A stretch of DNA of 64,000 bases from Hydrolagus affinis (taxonomy: Eukaryota). The notes beneath the pieces were generated by a model. It did not search any database. It was given only the letters and a program-made list of their open reading frames with translations, and had not been told where the DNA came from. The stretch lies in NCBI GenBank assembly GCA_012026655.1, contig JAAILG010000815.1, positions 1 through 64,000 on the forward strand. Reading direction: 5' to 3'. Position 1 is the stretch's first letter; each line of letters begins with the position of its first letter. Of the stretch, positions 25,720 to 37,360 are shown one piece after another. Made by a program: the position numbers and the translations under genes.

Positions 25720-26454
25720 TATATGTGCCATTCAATGGCACTTTCTAGCAGGGATTAGTGGACCAGGGGTGGATTTCCTGACAAAATCTTTCTGCCCGTC
25801 ATTCTCGTTTGGTTAATTTGTTTATAACATACAGTTCCTGTTAGGAAAATAGAGGGAGGGAGGTTAAGTCCATCTACTTCAAGACGTTTAACAATTTCTC
25901 TTGTTCGTTTGAGGAATGTACTCTTTTTTTATCCCCCTCCCCCCACCTTACCAAACTTTATCTTTATATCTCTTGGTTTGTGCTGCAGCTGTTAGTAAAT
26001 ATTTTACACTGCTTTTGTAGTGTGTGTTATCCATTGCACAACAATTTGTGATGACTCTTTGATCTTTCTGATAATATTCTTAATAAGCCCTTTTTGCTTC
26101 CTTTTCATCTTGCCTTTCAGTCAAATGACTATCAGCGCTACTGGGTTTAAAGAAAGCGAGTCCGTAATTAGCATTGAGCGATGATGTTTGTAGTGTTTAC
26201 TTTGACGGAGAGCGGAAATGATGTTTTGTTCATGTAATTTTGCAGTTCCCTCTTTAGGAATGAAAGTTAACATAAGGTGTGTAAGCATTCTACACCATAC
26301 AGGCATTTGCAACCCATAAATATGTCAGATGTGAATAATGGTGTCAACAATTCTATGGTTGAAGCCTTTGAAACATATCTAGTTTCTGCTCTTTGGTGAT
26401 AAATTATAATATGTGACTGAGCGACAAAGAGAGGAAGGAAAATAACTGAAAGAC

Positions 26455-26602
26455 ATGTTACATAGAAACAGGAGTAGGCCATTCAGCCCTTTGAGCCTGT
26501 TCTAACATTCTATAAGATCTGTACCTCAACTCCAATTACCCACCCTTGCCCCGTATCCCTTTAATACCCTTACCTAACAAACATCTATCCACCTCAATCT
26601 TG
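26455..26602 (-). mobile_element. CR1 LINE 3' end
   Basis: catagaaacaggagtaggccattcagccctttgagcctg...agatctgtacctcaactcca...tatccct is the reverse of the typical chondrichthyan CR1 3' UTR and matches the + copy at 40970-41512. Confidence 0.8.
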
Positions 26603-28539
26603 TTCAAGTAGAAAATAATGTTTGGAATAACAGTATGGTAAAAATTATATTTCGTAATTATGATTAACTTTCGCTTTTAGGTGAGGCTAAAGAAAATATT
26701 ATTGTGGTTTGAAATTTAATTGGAGTGTTGGCAGATAAATAGTTTGAGCCACATTTTTCGATAAGACTCTGATTGGTTCAAAAAGCTTCAATCAGCTCAG
26801 TGCTCAGCTCAACCTCGGCTGCTGTCCTGCTCAAGACAACAACAACTTTATATGGCGTCTCAGAGCGCTTCAAGATTGTTTCAAGCTGTGTGTTCACCCA
26901 GATTTTAATATGCTCAGATCCATGTTACAGTTCAGCTCCAGTGATTTCTTTTTAATATACAAGTCTTTCACATTGGGGGAATGTCTCAAAGTGCTTCACA
27001 GGATTTACTGTGAAGTGTAGTACTAGTGACTGTAACGAAATGCAACATATTCAAGAACAGCCATTATTTCCACTATCTGTAGAACACCTGATTTTGCCTA
27101 GGATGAAAGTATACCAGAGGCAGAGTTTTGTGCCATTTTCCTACAGAAAAATAGCCTATTCTCAATCAGTATGAAATTAATAGTTGAATGACGTTTGTTA
27201 GTTACCAGTTGTTTCAATTGCCAATGACCATTTAGTTGAGAAGAATTTAATTCCTCCATTGTTTATATTTTGCCATAATTATTGCTATTAAAAACAATGA
27301 CCGCACAAGGGAGTGCAAAGGACGAGACGGTTCTGTTTTTTGTGGCTGTTTACATGGGATCTATGACAAAACTGAGTAGATTGGAAGGTTGGAAACTCCC
27401 AATCTTTGCTTTTGATTTCACATAAAAATTGACGGAAACCTATTGCCCCGCTAATATATTCCCTCACTAATATATTCTCTCAATGCAAGTCGAAATGCAG
27501 TTAGTCCTCTTTTCTTTTTTAATCTGGAAAAACATCAAGCTCAAGCAAGATACTCAGTAATATTGAAACGGACACACTCTCAGCCCCTGGAGAATTATAC
27601 ATTTTTCTCCGAGTTTTCGTTTAAAGAAAAGACAAGCGGAGCAGTCCTACTTTGATGATTTATGATTGCTGTCTGTCTAAAATCACTGGGGAACAATCCA
27701 TACATTGTACTGAACCAAGTCCTGCAAAAGGCCCCTCTTTTCCTGCTGCTGTGAAGATGTATTTTCCATAACTAACATTCCACAGAGACTTTAGCTCCTC
27801 TATGTCTGAATAATGGAGTGAGTGGACCATCTGCTAGTCCATGTAATGTATCATAAATGCAGTACCACAGCAGTGTTTATCTTGGAATTTTAAAAAAATG
27901 GGAAGGATGAAGGAATGGGATATTTCATTTGGAAAATGTCTCCATCTGCTGGGGTTTAATGGGACAGTAACGTTCATTGAGGTGCCTTCAGATTATTGTA
28001 CAGTAATTGTAATTGGTTGTTAAACCAGACAAAATAATATGACACAATGCTAGGAGGGGAACTATGTGAATTATAACATGGTACAGTACATAACAAAATT
28101 CATTTGTGTTCGACATATAGTCATTCACTCTTACCATTACCATTCAGAACGATTTAGCAAAACATGACAACTACTGTATACCTCAACTAAACAACAACAA
28201 CATTGCACTTAAATAGCGCCTTTCACGTCGGGAGGACGTCCCAAAGCGCGGTAAACTAAATTATGTGAATACGGGTTATCTCTCACCCTGCCCCCCTACC
28301 CCCCACCCCCACCACCCAAAAAAAACCCGAAAGTAATTTAACCATCTACATGCACACCATTCCATTTGTCGCCCTGTTTAAAAAGCAATGCTTCTCTTTG
28401 TAGTCCCACAGAATTTCAGTTTACAGCCCCCTCTATTCCCTCCTCAAACAAATCTCTTGAGACTTAGATCCGAGTTGATGGACGTCTTCATTGATGTACC
28501 CAGTGTTTTGCCCCAGGGCTACCGTTGCTGTTAAAATGA

Positions 28540-29260
28540 CTGCGGCCGTGCTCTTTTTTTTTAACTGTGAAGCAGTGTGATTGTGTCTTTGTGACTGAAT
28601 TTGGGCAGCCAATTTTCACACGGTACTGTCCACCCCGAAAAACAGCCCTGAAGCAAAGGGTCAACTTTACTCGGGAGGATTGTTGGTCAGGACGCTGGAG
28701 GAACGTTCCTTCTCTATTTTGGAACCGCGCGGCTGGGATCATTATACTGTGAACCCGTGCCGGGCAAGAGGGCGGCTGTGGGTGTAGCTGTGGTGCTGCG
28801 ATAATAATAAAATCCTCGCGGTTGATATAGAGACGCCTTATTTATCACGCCTTCCAGACTGCGTCTCAAGGCGCTTCACTGGATACATTGTCAAGTGCAT
28901 TGGCTGCGCGTTTTGTGGGGGAAACGCGGCAGCCCATTGCGCACAGCGGCGTCCCACAAACAGTCGTGGATTGAGTGGTGCAGCCACTATGGTGGGGTCT
29001 GTAGTGACTGTGGGGGCTATGGCTGTGTGGGGGTGGGGGGCTGTGGGACAGGGGCTGGTGCAGTGGCTTGGCGCTGTCGGCAGGTGGCGCTGTGTGTGGA
29101 GTGGGTTCCCTGTGGCCACTGTGGGGCTGTTGGTTTCCGGGTGTCTGTGTGGTGGGGGGGTGGGGGGGGGTTGGTTGTCGCGGCTGGACATGGCCCCGGG
29201 AGCGGCTGAACAGCAGGTGTGAGATGGCGATCAGCCGCCAGGTACCGGAGAGAGAGACGG
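28540..29260 (+). promoter_or_regulatory. GC/CpG-rich island; putative EXT2 promoter and non-coding first exon
   Basis: Only strongly GC- and CpG-rich stretch in the window; G-runs; donor-like sites CAG|GTGTGA (GT 29217) and CAG|GTACCG (GT 29242); lies about 6.6 kb upstream of the ATG exon; vertebrate EXT2 has an upstream first exon. Confidence 0.55.
28801..28978 (-). mobile_element. SINE family A 3' fragment, GC-enriched
   Basis: ataataataaaatcctcgcggttgatatag...ggaaacgcggcagcccattgcgcacagcggcgtcccacaaacagtcgtggattga aligns to the family. Confidence 0.85.
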
Positions 29261-29261
29261 G

Positions 29262-29917
29262 GTGTGAGTGATTGTGTGTGAGAGTGAGTCAGTGAGTGTG
29301 TGTGTGTGTGTGTGAATGTGTGTGTGAGAGTGAGTGATTGGATGTGTGTGAGTGATTGTGTGTGAGTGAGTGTGGGTGATTGTGAACGTGAGTGTGTGTG
29401 AGAGATTGTGTGTGTGAGTGTGAGTGAGTGATTGTGGATGTGTGTGAGTGATTGCGGGTGAGTGAATGAGTGGATGAGTGAGTGATTGTGTGTGTGAGTG
29501 TGTGTGGGTGATTGTGTGTGAGTGAGTGTGAGAGTGATTGTGTGTGTGAGTGTGGGTGATTGTGTGTGTGAGTGTGTGTGAGAGTGATTGTGTGTGTGAG
29601 TGTGTGTGAGAGTGATTGTGTGTGTGAGTGTGGGTGATTGTGTGTGTGAGTGAGTGTGGGTGATTGTGTGTGTGAGTGTGTGTGAGAGTGATTGTGTGAG
29701 TGAGTGTGGGTGATTGTGTGTGTGAGTGTGTGTGAGAGTGATTGTGTGTGAGTGAGTGTGGGTGTAGGTGAGAGTGATTGTGTGTGAGTGAGTGTTTGTG
29801 AGAGTGTGTGAATGTGTGTGAGTGTGAGTGGATGAGTGAGTGATTGTGTGTGAGTGAGTGTGGGTGATTGTGTGTGTGAGAGTGATTGTGTGTGTGAGTG
29901 TGTGTGTGTATGTGTGT
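29262..29917 (+). repeat. Complex (TG/AG) microsatellite built from GTGATT(GT)nGAGT units
   Basis: Directly visible; explains the spurious His/Thr-rich 310-aa ORF. Confidence 0.97.
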
Positions 29918-29937
29918 TTTAGGGGCTCCCAGCCTCT

Positions 29938-30038
29938 ACACACACACATTCACTCATACACACACACACACACCATGTACACACTCATTCACAAACTCAC
30001 ACACACACAAACATTCACACTCACACACACTCACACTC
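29938..30038 (+). repeat. (CA/CT)-rich tract, opposite orientation to the preceding TG array
   Basis: acacacacacattcactcatacacacacacacac...cactcacacacactcacactca. Confidence 0.95.
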
Positions 30039-31154
30039 ATTAGCTACCGAGTCTCCTAGTAAAATGTGTTCTGTCATTACACACACTCCTGAATGACCAA
30101 CATATCTAAACCCTCTCCTTATATATGGTGTGTCTATGGTTAAAATATCATATCTGGTTAAATAATAATTATGATTAAATATATTATATTGATGATAATA
30201 ATAATAATAATCGTTGCATTTTAAATAGCGTTTTATCACATTGTTGAAACGCCTCAAAGCGCTTCACACAATATATTGCAAAGTGGATTCACATTTTGGG
30301 GAGAAAGGTCCTGGAAAAATAATGTAATATAACATCTGTAATATATAAGATGATTGATAATATATGATTATATACAATATGATTATAATGAATAATAGTT
30401 TACAGTGTATTCTGCGAAGATTATTATTATTATTATCTGGTTAAATTATTATCATATGGTTATTGTAATATGGCTAATATATGGTTAAATATTAAACAAC
30501 TGATTAAATACAACATCTGTCTTAAATGTTATGATCAAATGCTTTTAATATGTGATGTGATTAATACTATTATTTGTTAATAATCTGATGGGACTGGACA
30601 TACTAGCCAGAACTTGACTGAGATATTTAATTTACTGTGTAATGTTTCTGCTTGTGCTTTTGAAACATTTTAAAAAAAAGAAACTACCGTACATGTAATA
30701 GGTTTGTTGTCTTCCCATGACTCTAAAGCAGATGAAATATGTTACTTTATATTGCCACCTTCAAACTGAGTGAGACTTGACATCAAATGTATCGATCCAA
30801 GAGCTTTGTAAATTCAGAGATGTGTATGATTTCTGATGAGTTCTTAGAAGTTCACAACCATCAAAGCGAGGGAAAAGAATGGCCCAACCTTTATATACGC
30901 TCACATTGCTGTGGTACGCAAGCTGGAAGAAATGGTGAATTTAGATATTAGCATCTCAGTATATTCTGCTAAACGGTTTGAGACGTCTCGAAGACGTGAA
31001 AAGTGCGATATCAAATGCAAGTATTAATATTAATTATTATCAAATAATGCTTGGACATTAAATAATGCATTGGATAGATTGGATTTTAAACTGGGGCTGG
31101 AATTTAAATATCCAAGCGAAGTAGAAAAAAATTAGCATTTTAGTTTAATACCGC

Positions 31155-31317
31155 TAATAAATTGGTCGTTTCAATCCACGACTGCTGTGCGCAATTGGCT
31201 GCTACGTTTCGCCCACAAATGTACAGTCAATTCACTACAGTATATTCTGTGAAGTGCTTTGAGACATCGAGAAGATGTGAAAAGCACTATATCAAATGCA
31301 AGGATTATTATTATTAT
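31155..31317 (+). mobile_element. SINE family A 3' fragment
   Basis: Family body and tail; further short tail pieces at 30195-30300 (-) and 30955-31040 (+). Confidence 0.9.
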
Positions 31318-32739
31318 GGAGCCCTCTGATGGATGGCGACTTGACAATGTAGCACTCCCACATTGTTGATGGGAAGCGTCAGCCTAAATTATGTTTTGAT
31401 TCAGTCAAAGATGATTCCAAGACCTTCGGGCCTGTGCCTCAGTCTTTTGCTGAGGATGACATTCCAAATCAACAGAGCAGATTTTGGGAGAGTAGATGCC
31501 ATTGAGAGCAGAAGGAAGTCTGGCTTCCACTGGCTGCAGCAGTATTGGGTGCTGTTATTTTCTGGTTGTGAGTAGCCTGGACTCACTACTCTACTGAATA
31601 ATAGTTCCAGTTTGTGACATTGGGAGCAACTGCGCGGGCTTGAGTTCGTATAAACACTGATGATACAAATACGAATTTTACCCTGAAGCTTAAGTGGGAC
31701 AGATCCGTAGCACTAACAACCACTAACAACACTAACAACAGAATTACATTTATAGACGTCCCGAGGCGCTGAACAGTCAGGGGTCGGAAAAATAGTCCTT
31801 CATAGTCCTTCAGACTTTGCTTTTAGTTGATAAATGTGCCAAAGGAAACATTATTAAAAAGTCATGAAACTTGAAGAATGAGTAGATTTCCCTTTTTTTT
31901 CAGATGGATGTATTTTATCAGCTATTGTCCAATACATTGTTGCTGATTTTTTTTTCTTCTTTAGCTTCTATTATTATTGTTTTTAAATTTAAATAAAAAG
32001 TACAGCTGAAATGGTGTTTTTCAAACAATTAACCACAAATTAAAAAAAGCCCGCTGTTTTAAAAACAAATTGCTGTTTTGAAAACTTGTGTTTATTACAT
32101 GTTAGATGTTTATCTCTAGCTTTTTCTAACTAACAACAGAATTAGTCTAGGACTAATTTACCTGGAGTGAATTGAGGAAGCAATATCTATCAGACTAGAG
32201 AGCTTCAGTTTCAAATACTATATTTATCTTTTACTACGGTGAAACTTGAATGAAAAATAACAAGGTTCAGAAAATGCGTAGCGGCTCAGTCAGTACTTGA
32301 AGGGAAAGACTAAATCCTCATGAAAAATCCTATCTGAAACCTACTTGGGTACAGTTAAAATACTGTACAATTTGCATCATTTTCTCTTCGGGTTTTCCAT
32401 TTTTCAGCATTTGCAGTTTGTTTTATCTCGTCACGTATACACTGGACTTGTGGTACTAAGATTCAAAGACAAGGTGCTGGGGGGTGTACGTAGGACATTT
32501 TGCATTCCTAGTGGGAACTTCTGGAAGGAGAGGCCATACATTTAGGCACAGTGTCCCCTTGAATCCCTGGATCTGGTTGGAACGTTGGATGTAGGCGGTA
32601 ATGACAGACAATGCAAACTCAGGTGTGACTCAATCTTGGTGCCTCTCAGAACTCTCAGCAGTCAAATAGGAGCAGGCTTGTTGGTTTCCAAATTCTGTGT
32701 GGTGTGGGAGAACTTCAGAAGGATGGAGTGAAACTCCTT

Positions 32740-33434
32740 TAATTACTGGGTGGGGAAGAACCATACAAAACTGGTTTTGTCCCAGAGTTTTTTTGCCAGG
32801 AGGTTCAGGAATGTTATCGATTGCCTTTGGCTGTGGATGAATGATCAGATGTTTCTAGAAGCAACAATCGAACCAAGTACTTTCTGTATGGTGTGTTTCA
32901 AAAAATCAATATTCAATGGGTTAATGATGGAAGTCGAGCAGACCTTGTTATCAAGCCACTCAAGGGATTCTTTTGCCTGTATCCCGTGGCCTATCTGTGC
33001 ATGAGCCTCCATTTATCAGATGTAATCAGTGAGGCAGCACCAGGGATGTATTTCTGCACACTGCCTTCTCTTTGTTGTCCAGGGAGAGAAAGGAAAAGCG
33101 CAGCTTTCCACCAGCATCCACAGAGTTGAAAGTTGTCTATTAAATCCATAGGACGTTTAGCTTCGATGGACATCAGTACTGCAATTCTTCCCCTTTCCTG
33201 TGCCAGAACTTGGCAAACACTCCCCATGGAATGATTCAAATCAGAAGCTTGCCACATGCGGAATCGTGGGTGCAGACTTCCTCCGTCTCTCTGTTGTGCA
33301 AGGGTTTGAGTGTCCTTGAGAGCAACCTTCCAGATTGACAGGGTTCGGATGTTGCTAGGATTCAAAAAGTTTGTGAGTGGCATTGACTGGAAAAAATGGC
33401 CGTGCCGTTTTAAATACCTCTTCAACCTCCGCAA
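32740..33434 (-). mobile_element. Degenerate Merlin (IS1016/ISXO2-like) DDE transposase relic
   Basis: Minus-strand motifs in the expected order across frameshifts: QKYIPGAASLITSDKWR (~HVLPGSTIISDxWRAY), THHTESTW (~AHTQxIESxW), KGNR. Confidence 0.45.
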
Positions 33435-35816
33435 AGTAAAAAGTCTAATCAGCTTTGTGTGTTGTGCCTAACATTAGTGCTTTTCTTACGCTATCTCCGA
33501 TTCTCTCCTATTTCTTTCTTTCTTTTCCCACAGCATCTGACCTTTTGCAGCTCTTCCCTCCCCTTTTCCTAACACCTGGTTGATAGAAAAGGTGTTCTTT
33601 GCTTATAGGATTCAATTCCTCCGGTTGTCATTTGGGGTAAGTGAAAAAAGCATTGCAATAGAAAAAAAAAGCCCTAGTCATTTCATTGGTTGCCTATATT
33701 TTAAGAAAAGAGTGAAATATTACTATAGCACTGACCTGATGTGTGGCGAGAAAGAGAGGGAGAGACTGCCTTTGATTTGTGTGGAAAGCTGAGAGAAGTC
33801 TTGATAGTGAAATCAATGAATAAAATAAGATTTGAGATCCCAGTTATAATGAAATACCATCCTCCAGTGTCTTCTGCTGTATCGGGCTGTGTCTTCCCAT
33901 TTTTACTATTTATTTGCTTTGTTTTATCAGTCGTGGTTAAGTGCAACACTGAACAAAGTCATCTGTAAGGTTCTTTTGTGGTGCATCTTATATCACATGA
34001 AGCGGTTCCGAATTCAGAAAGAATGATATTACGAAGGATTTCAGGAGGGTTCCTGGTGGGCAGAGCTAAGACAGATTACTTTTTGTGTAAAAAAATTAGG
34101 TTGATGAAAATAGTTTAAAAAATTTCCGTTGGTGATGGTCGTTTTGGGAGGAGGGTGGGAATTGCAATGCTGCGTGTTAGACTGTATGCCTGCCATTTGG
34201 AGGGAACTCACTGTAAATTTCTCTCTGAATGTTTTTAGCACTGTACTGTATAAAAGAATCAGCGATATTTCAATAAAGGGCACATCGAGGTTGAAAATTT
34301 CAAATGCATGCAAGCTTGTTTGGTAGTGCAGCCAGGTCATTAGGAGTAGTACAGATTATTCAAAGCACATGTGGTGGTTAAATTCTCTCCAGCCCTTCCC
34401 CAGGGAAGGACCAAAGTTCAGCATTTACTATGAAGGGGAACCTCGCCGTGACTTTTTCCAAAGTGGTTACCGACTCACTGTTATGCACGTTATACACGTA
34501 ATGTTTTGCATGAAAGCTCACTTAAATTCCAGGAAAACTGGGGAGATTACTAACAATTCAGCTGAACTGTAACAGAGCTGTGTTAATTTGAATAGTGAGC
34601 GTTTAGGGGTGTGGTACACAGCTGCAGGCTTGAGCGGGTTTCAATCCCAGCCTGGTGCAAACATGCCCATGCGTCTTCATATTATATATGTAGGTCCTGG
34701 TACATCCACTTGAATGAAGACGGTGGGTAGCTCGGTCTGTCTAGTTTTGTATTACAGTTGAAAATGCAGACTGCTGGCAGCAATATTCACAAATGTAAAT
34801 GCTCAGCAGTTTTTAATATTTTCATATTTGCCAGTGGGCTGCTTTTTTGTTCCAAAAGAAAAAAGACAGAGGATATTTAACTCTTTCAAATAAACAATTG
34901 TACCCAACTACAGATCTTCCTTGGATTTCTGTTTGAGCGCAGATTTCAGCCTCGTCACCGAAAGACCCAGTAATGCATTAGTTTTCCCTCGCACAATGTT
35001 CTTGTTCTTTTATATCCTGGTGCGCTTCAGGGTCCTTGCAGATTTATGAAGTGCTATAGAAACCTTTTCCAACCTAAAATGTGCAATGCAATTGATGTTC
35101 TTCAAATTGGATGCAGATGGTACTTAAATAGACTGTATTTAATGTCCAAATCGAATTGCTCCCGAGTTAATACAAGCTTGAAATGTAAACCCTTTATTGC
35201 AGTGCAGATTATCAGCATTATTTTGACAACAATTTGAATCTCTCTTACCTTTTTGGTTTTTAACATGTTCCACCCTTTTTAAAGAAAAGATTGTGATGGT
35301 GATTGATCAAAATGCATGGTTGAACAATCAAAGGATCCCAATTTTACAGTGCAGTATCTTATCTCTCTAATTGAAAGTTACTACTAGATGCTGAGCAATA
35401 GGCTGTAAAAGTTAACTATTTGTTCATTAGTTTTAATATTTCAATTTTTATGACTCCATTTCCCCCCTTGCTTTTTTTTAACAACAGTGAAATCACTACA
35501 ACATTAAAACAACAAAACAACTAAATTACACTTGTATAGTGCCTTTCACGTCAGGAGGATGTTAAACAGATGTTTAACTAAAGCTGTTATTAAAATATTG
35601 TACTTTGAACTAAATTCAGCAACAGAAATCTACTTTAATATCTCAATGGGTTTCAAATACCAATTTTGTTATTGCAGTTAATGAACCTGGCTGAGTAGAT
35701 GGATTTAGCAGCAGGGAGAATAGTTACAGCTTTATTGGTAACAGCTATAATTATTATTATTTATTAACATTTGTATTTTTCTAATTCTCAGAATTCATAG
35801 GAAGGGAAATTGCATT

Positions 35817-36352
35817 ATGTATGCATCAAACAAGTACAGCAGCCGGGGCCCTAACCTTATTCCCAGGATGAAAACTAAACACCGAATTTATTACATAGCG
35901 CTGTTTTCAATTGTACTGCTTGGACTTGTGGCCACAGGAATGTTCCAGTTCTGGCCACATACGATAGAAGCTACTAATGAGTGGACAGTAGAAAAACGCA
36001 GCATTCATGATGTTCCCGAAGTCAAACTGGCAGAAGACAGTCTTATCCCCGAACGAGGTGATCTGAGCTGTAGAATGCACACTTGCTTTGATGTATATCG
36101 ATGCGGGTATAATCCAAAGAACAGGATCAAAGTGTACATCTATCCACTGAAGAAGTATGTTGATGAGTTCGGAACTGTGGTCAGCAACACCATATCTAAA
36201 GAATACAATGAATTGTTGACTGCTATTTCAGAAAGTGACTTTTATACAGACGACATAAACAGGGCTTGCTTGTTTATTCCTTCACTCGATGTACTAAACC
36301 AGAATAACCTCAGGATCAAGGAAACTGCACAAGCACTCGCCCAGTTATCCAG
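35817..36352 (+). CDS. EXT2: Exostosin-2, first coding exon (human exon 2): cytoplasmic tail, TM anchor, start of the GT47 domain
   Basis: [48 protein letters not shown]...[13 protein letters not shown]...[11 protein letters not shown]; 536 coding nt; acceptor ttctcag ending 35791; donor AG|GTAAGT. Confidence 0.99.
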
Positions 36353-36724
36353 GTAAGTCGCAAGCAGCTGTTTTTCACGTATTCAGTTTTTGTGGCTTAT
36401 TCAGATAGTTTATTCAACCTTTTCGTGTTAGCATAAGCAAAAAGTTGAGATCTGACATATTACATGATATTTTTTGTATTGTATAAAATCTGTATATATT
36501 CCATTCAATACTTGTGTGAATTTTCTGGTCTTATTTTACATTTTGACGAAGAACAACTGCTCATCTAATATTGCGTCATTCGAAAATGACAAAAGATTAC
36601 AAAGAATGTACAGCATGGAAACAGGCCATTTGGCCCAATCAGTGTATGCTGGTGTTTATACTCCATTCTTTACTCCCTCTCTTACCCTTATATTCCCCTC
36701 TTCGTCATGCGAAGGAAGATTGAG

Positions 36725-36950
36725 CAAAGGGCAGCTGTGTTTGCAGCAATATCTCAGAGATGGTAGACACAGATTTTCCAGCAGAGGTCACTGGGTAGCT
36801 GTCAGCGGAGGAATGCTGGCTGTTTAGATTTGTGTTCCTCTCTTCGCTGGCCTGTGGATCTGAGGTCAATAGTAGCGCTCTCACTGCTGACTTAACTGAG
36901 ATCAACAAATTCAGCACAGCCAGATCAGCGATTGAGCTGAACAACCTTCT
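36725..36950 (-). mobile_element. Ancient tRNA-SINE-like repeat (family B)
   Basis: ttccagcagaggtcactgggtagctgtcag...ctgaggtcaatagtagcgctctcactgct...ctgagatcaacaaattcagcacag; weaker related pieces at 24945-25150, 25738-25790 and 50960-51070. Confidence 0.5.
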
Positions 36951-37149
36951 CGTCCCACAGGGCTCAATGCCATCCCACGTGACACTTACTCCCAGAGCCA
37001 AACCCCACCCTGAATGGTCATGTCCCGTTTGCAGAGTTTTGAGTTTATTCTGAAACATCGTGTGGTGTAAATCGACGGGTGCTTTGCGTGTACTTTCCTC
37101 TTGTTAATACCCAGCATGGAAACTTCTTAAATTGTTTCCAGAGCCGTTT

Positions 37150-37360
37150 AGCCTCTGCGGGATGCCTCCCAATTAGTGTCCAATTAGTGTCAATGGGTGT
37201 CCCCACCCATTCTCGCTAGGAACTGGGTTGAGACTCTTTCTCCTCCACCCCCCCCCCCCCCGCCCCCACCACCCCCACTCCCTGCCCCCACCACCACCCA
37301 CAACCCAAGCCCATTCTCACACTGGTCCTTGCAGTCAACTGAGACTTTCATTCTATTAAT
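37150..37360 (-). mobile_element. LF-SINE-like relic interrupted by a poly-C tract
   Basis: Minus strand reads agtctcaacccagttcctagcg...attgacactaattgg...ggcatcccgcagaggc, colinear with LF-SINE core motifs as recalled. Confidence 0.5.

Noticed and set aside
26178-26240. Two ATGATG words suggesting a C/D-box snoRNA
   Set aside because: Imperfect C boxes, no properly placed CTGA D box or terminal stem
1-28500. Expected upstream neighbours of EXT2 (ACCS/ACCSL, ALKBH3, C11orf96) and miR-129
   Set aside because: No recognisable peptide or mature miRNA sequence found by eye; short exons could have been missed
29017-29949. 310-aa His/Thr-rich ORF (longest in the track) and overlapping GC-rich ORFs
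   Set aside because: Translation of the TG/AG microsatellite and G-rich tract; no coding signal
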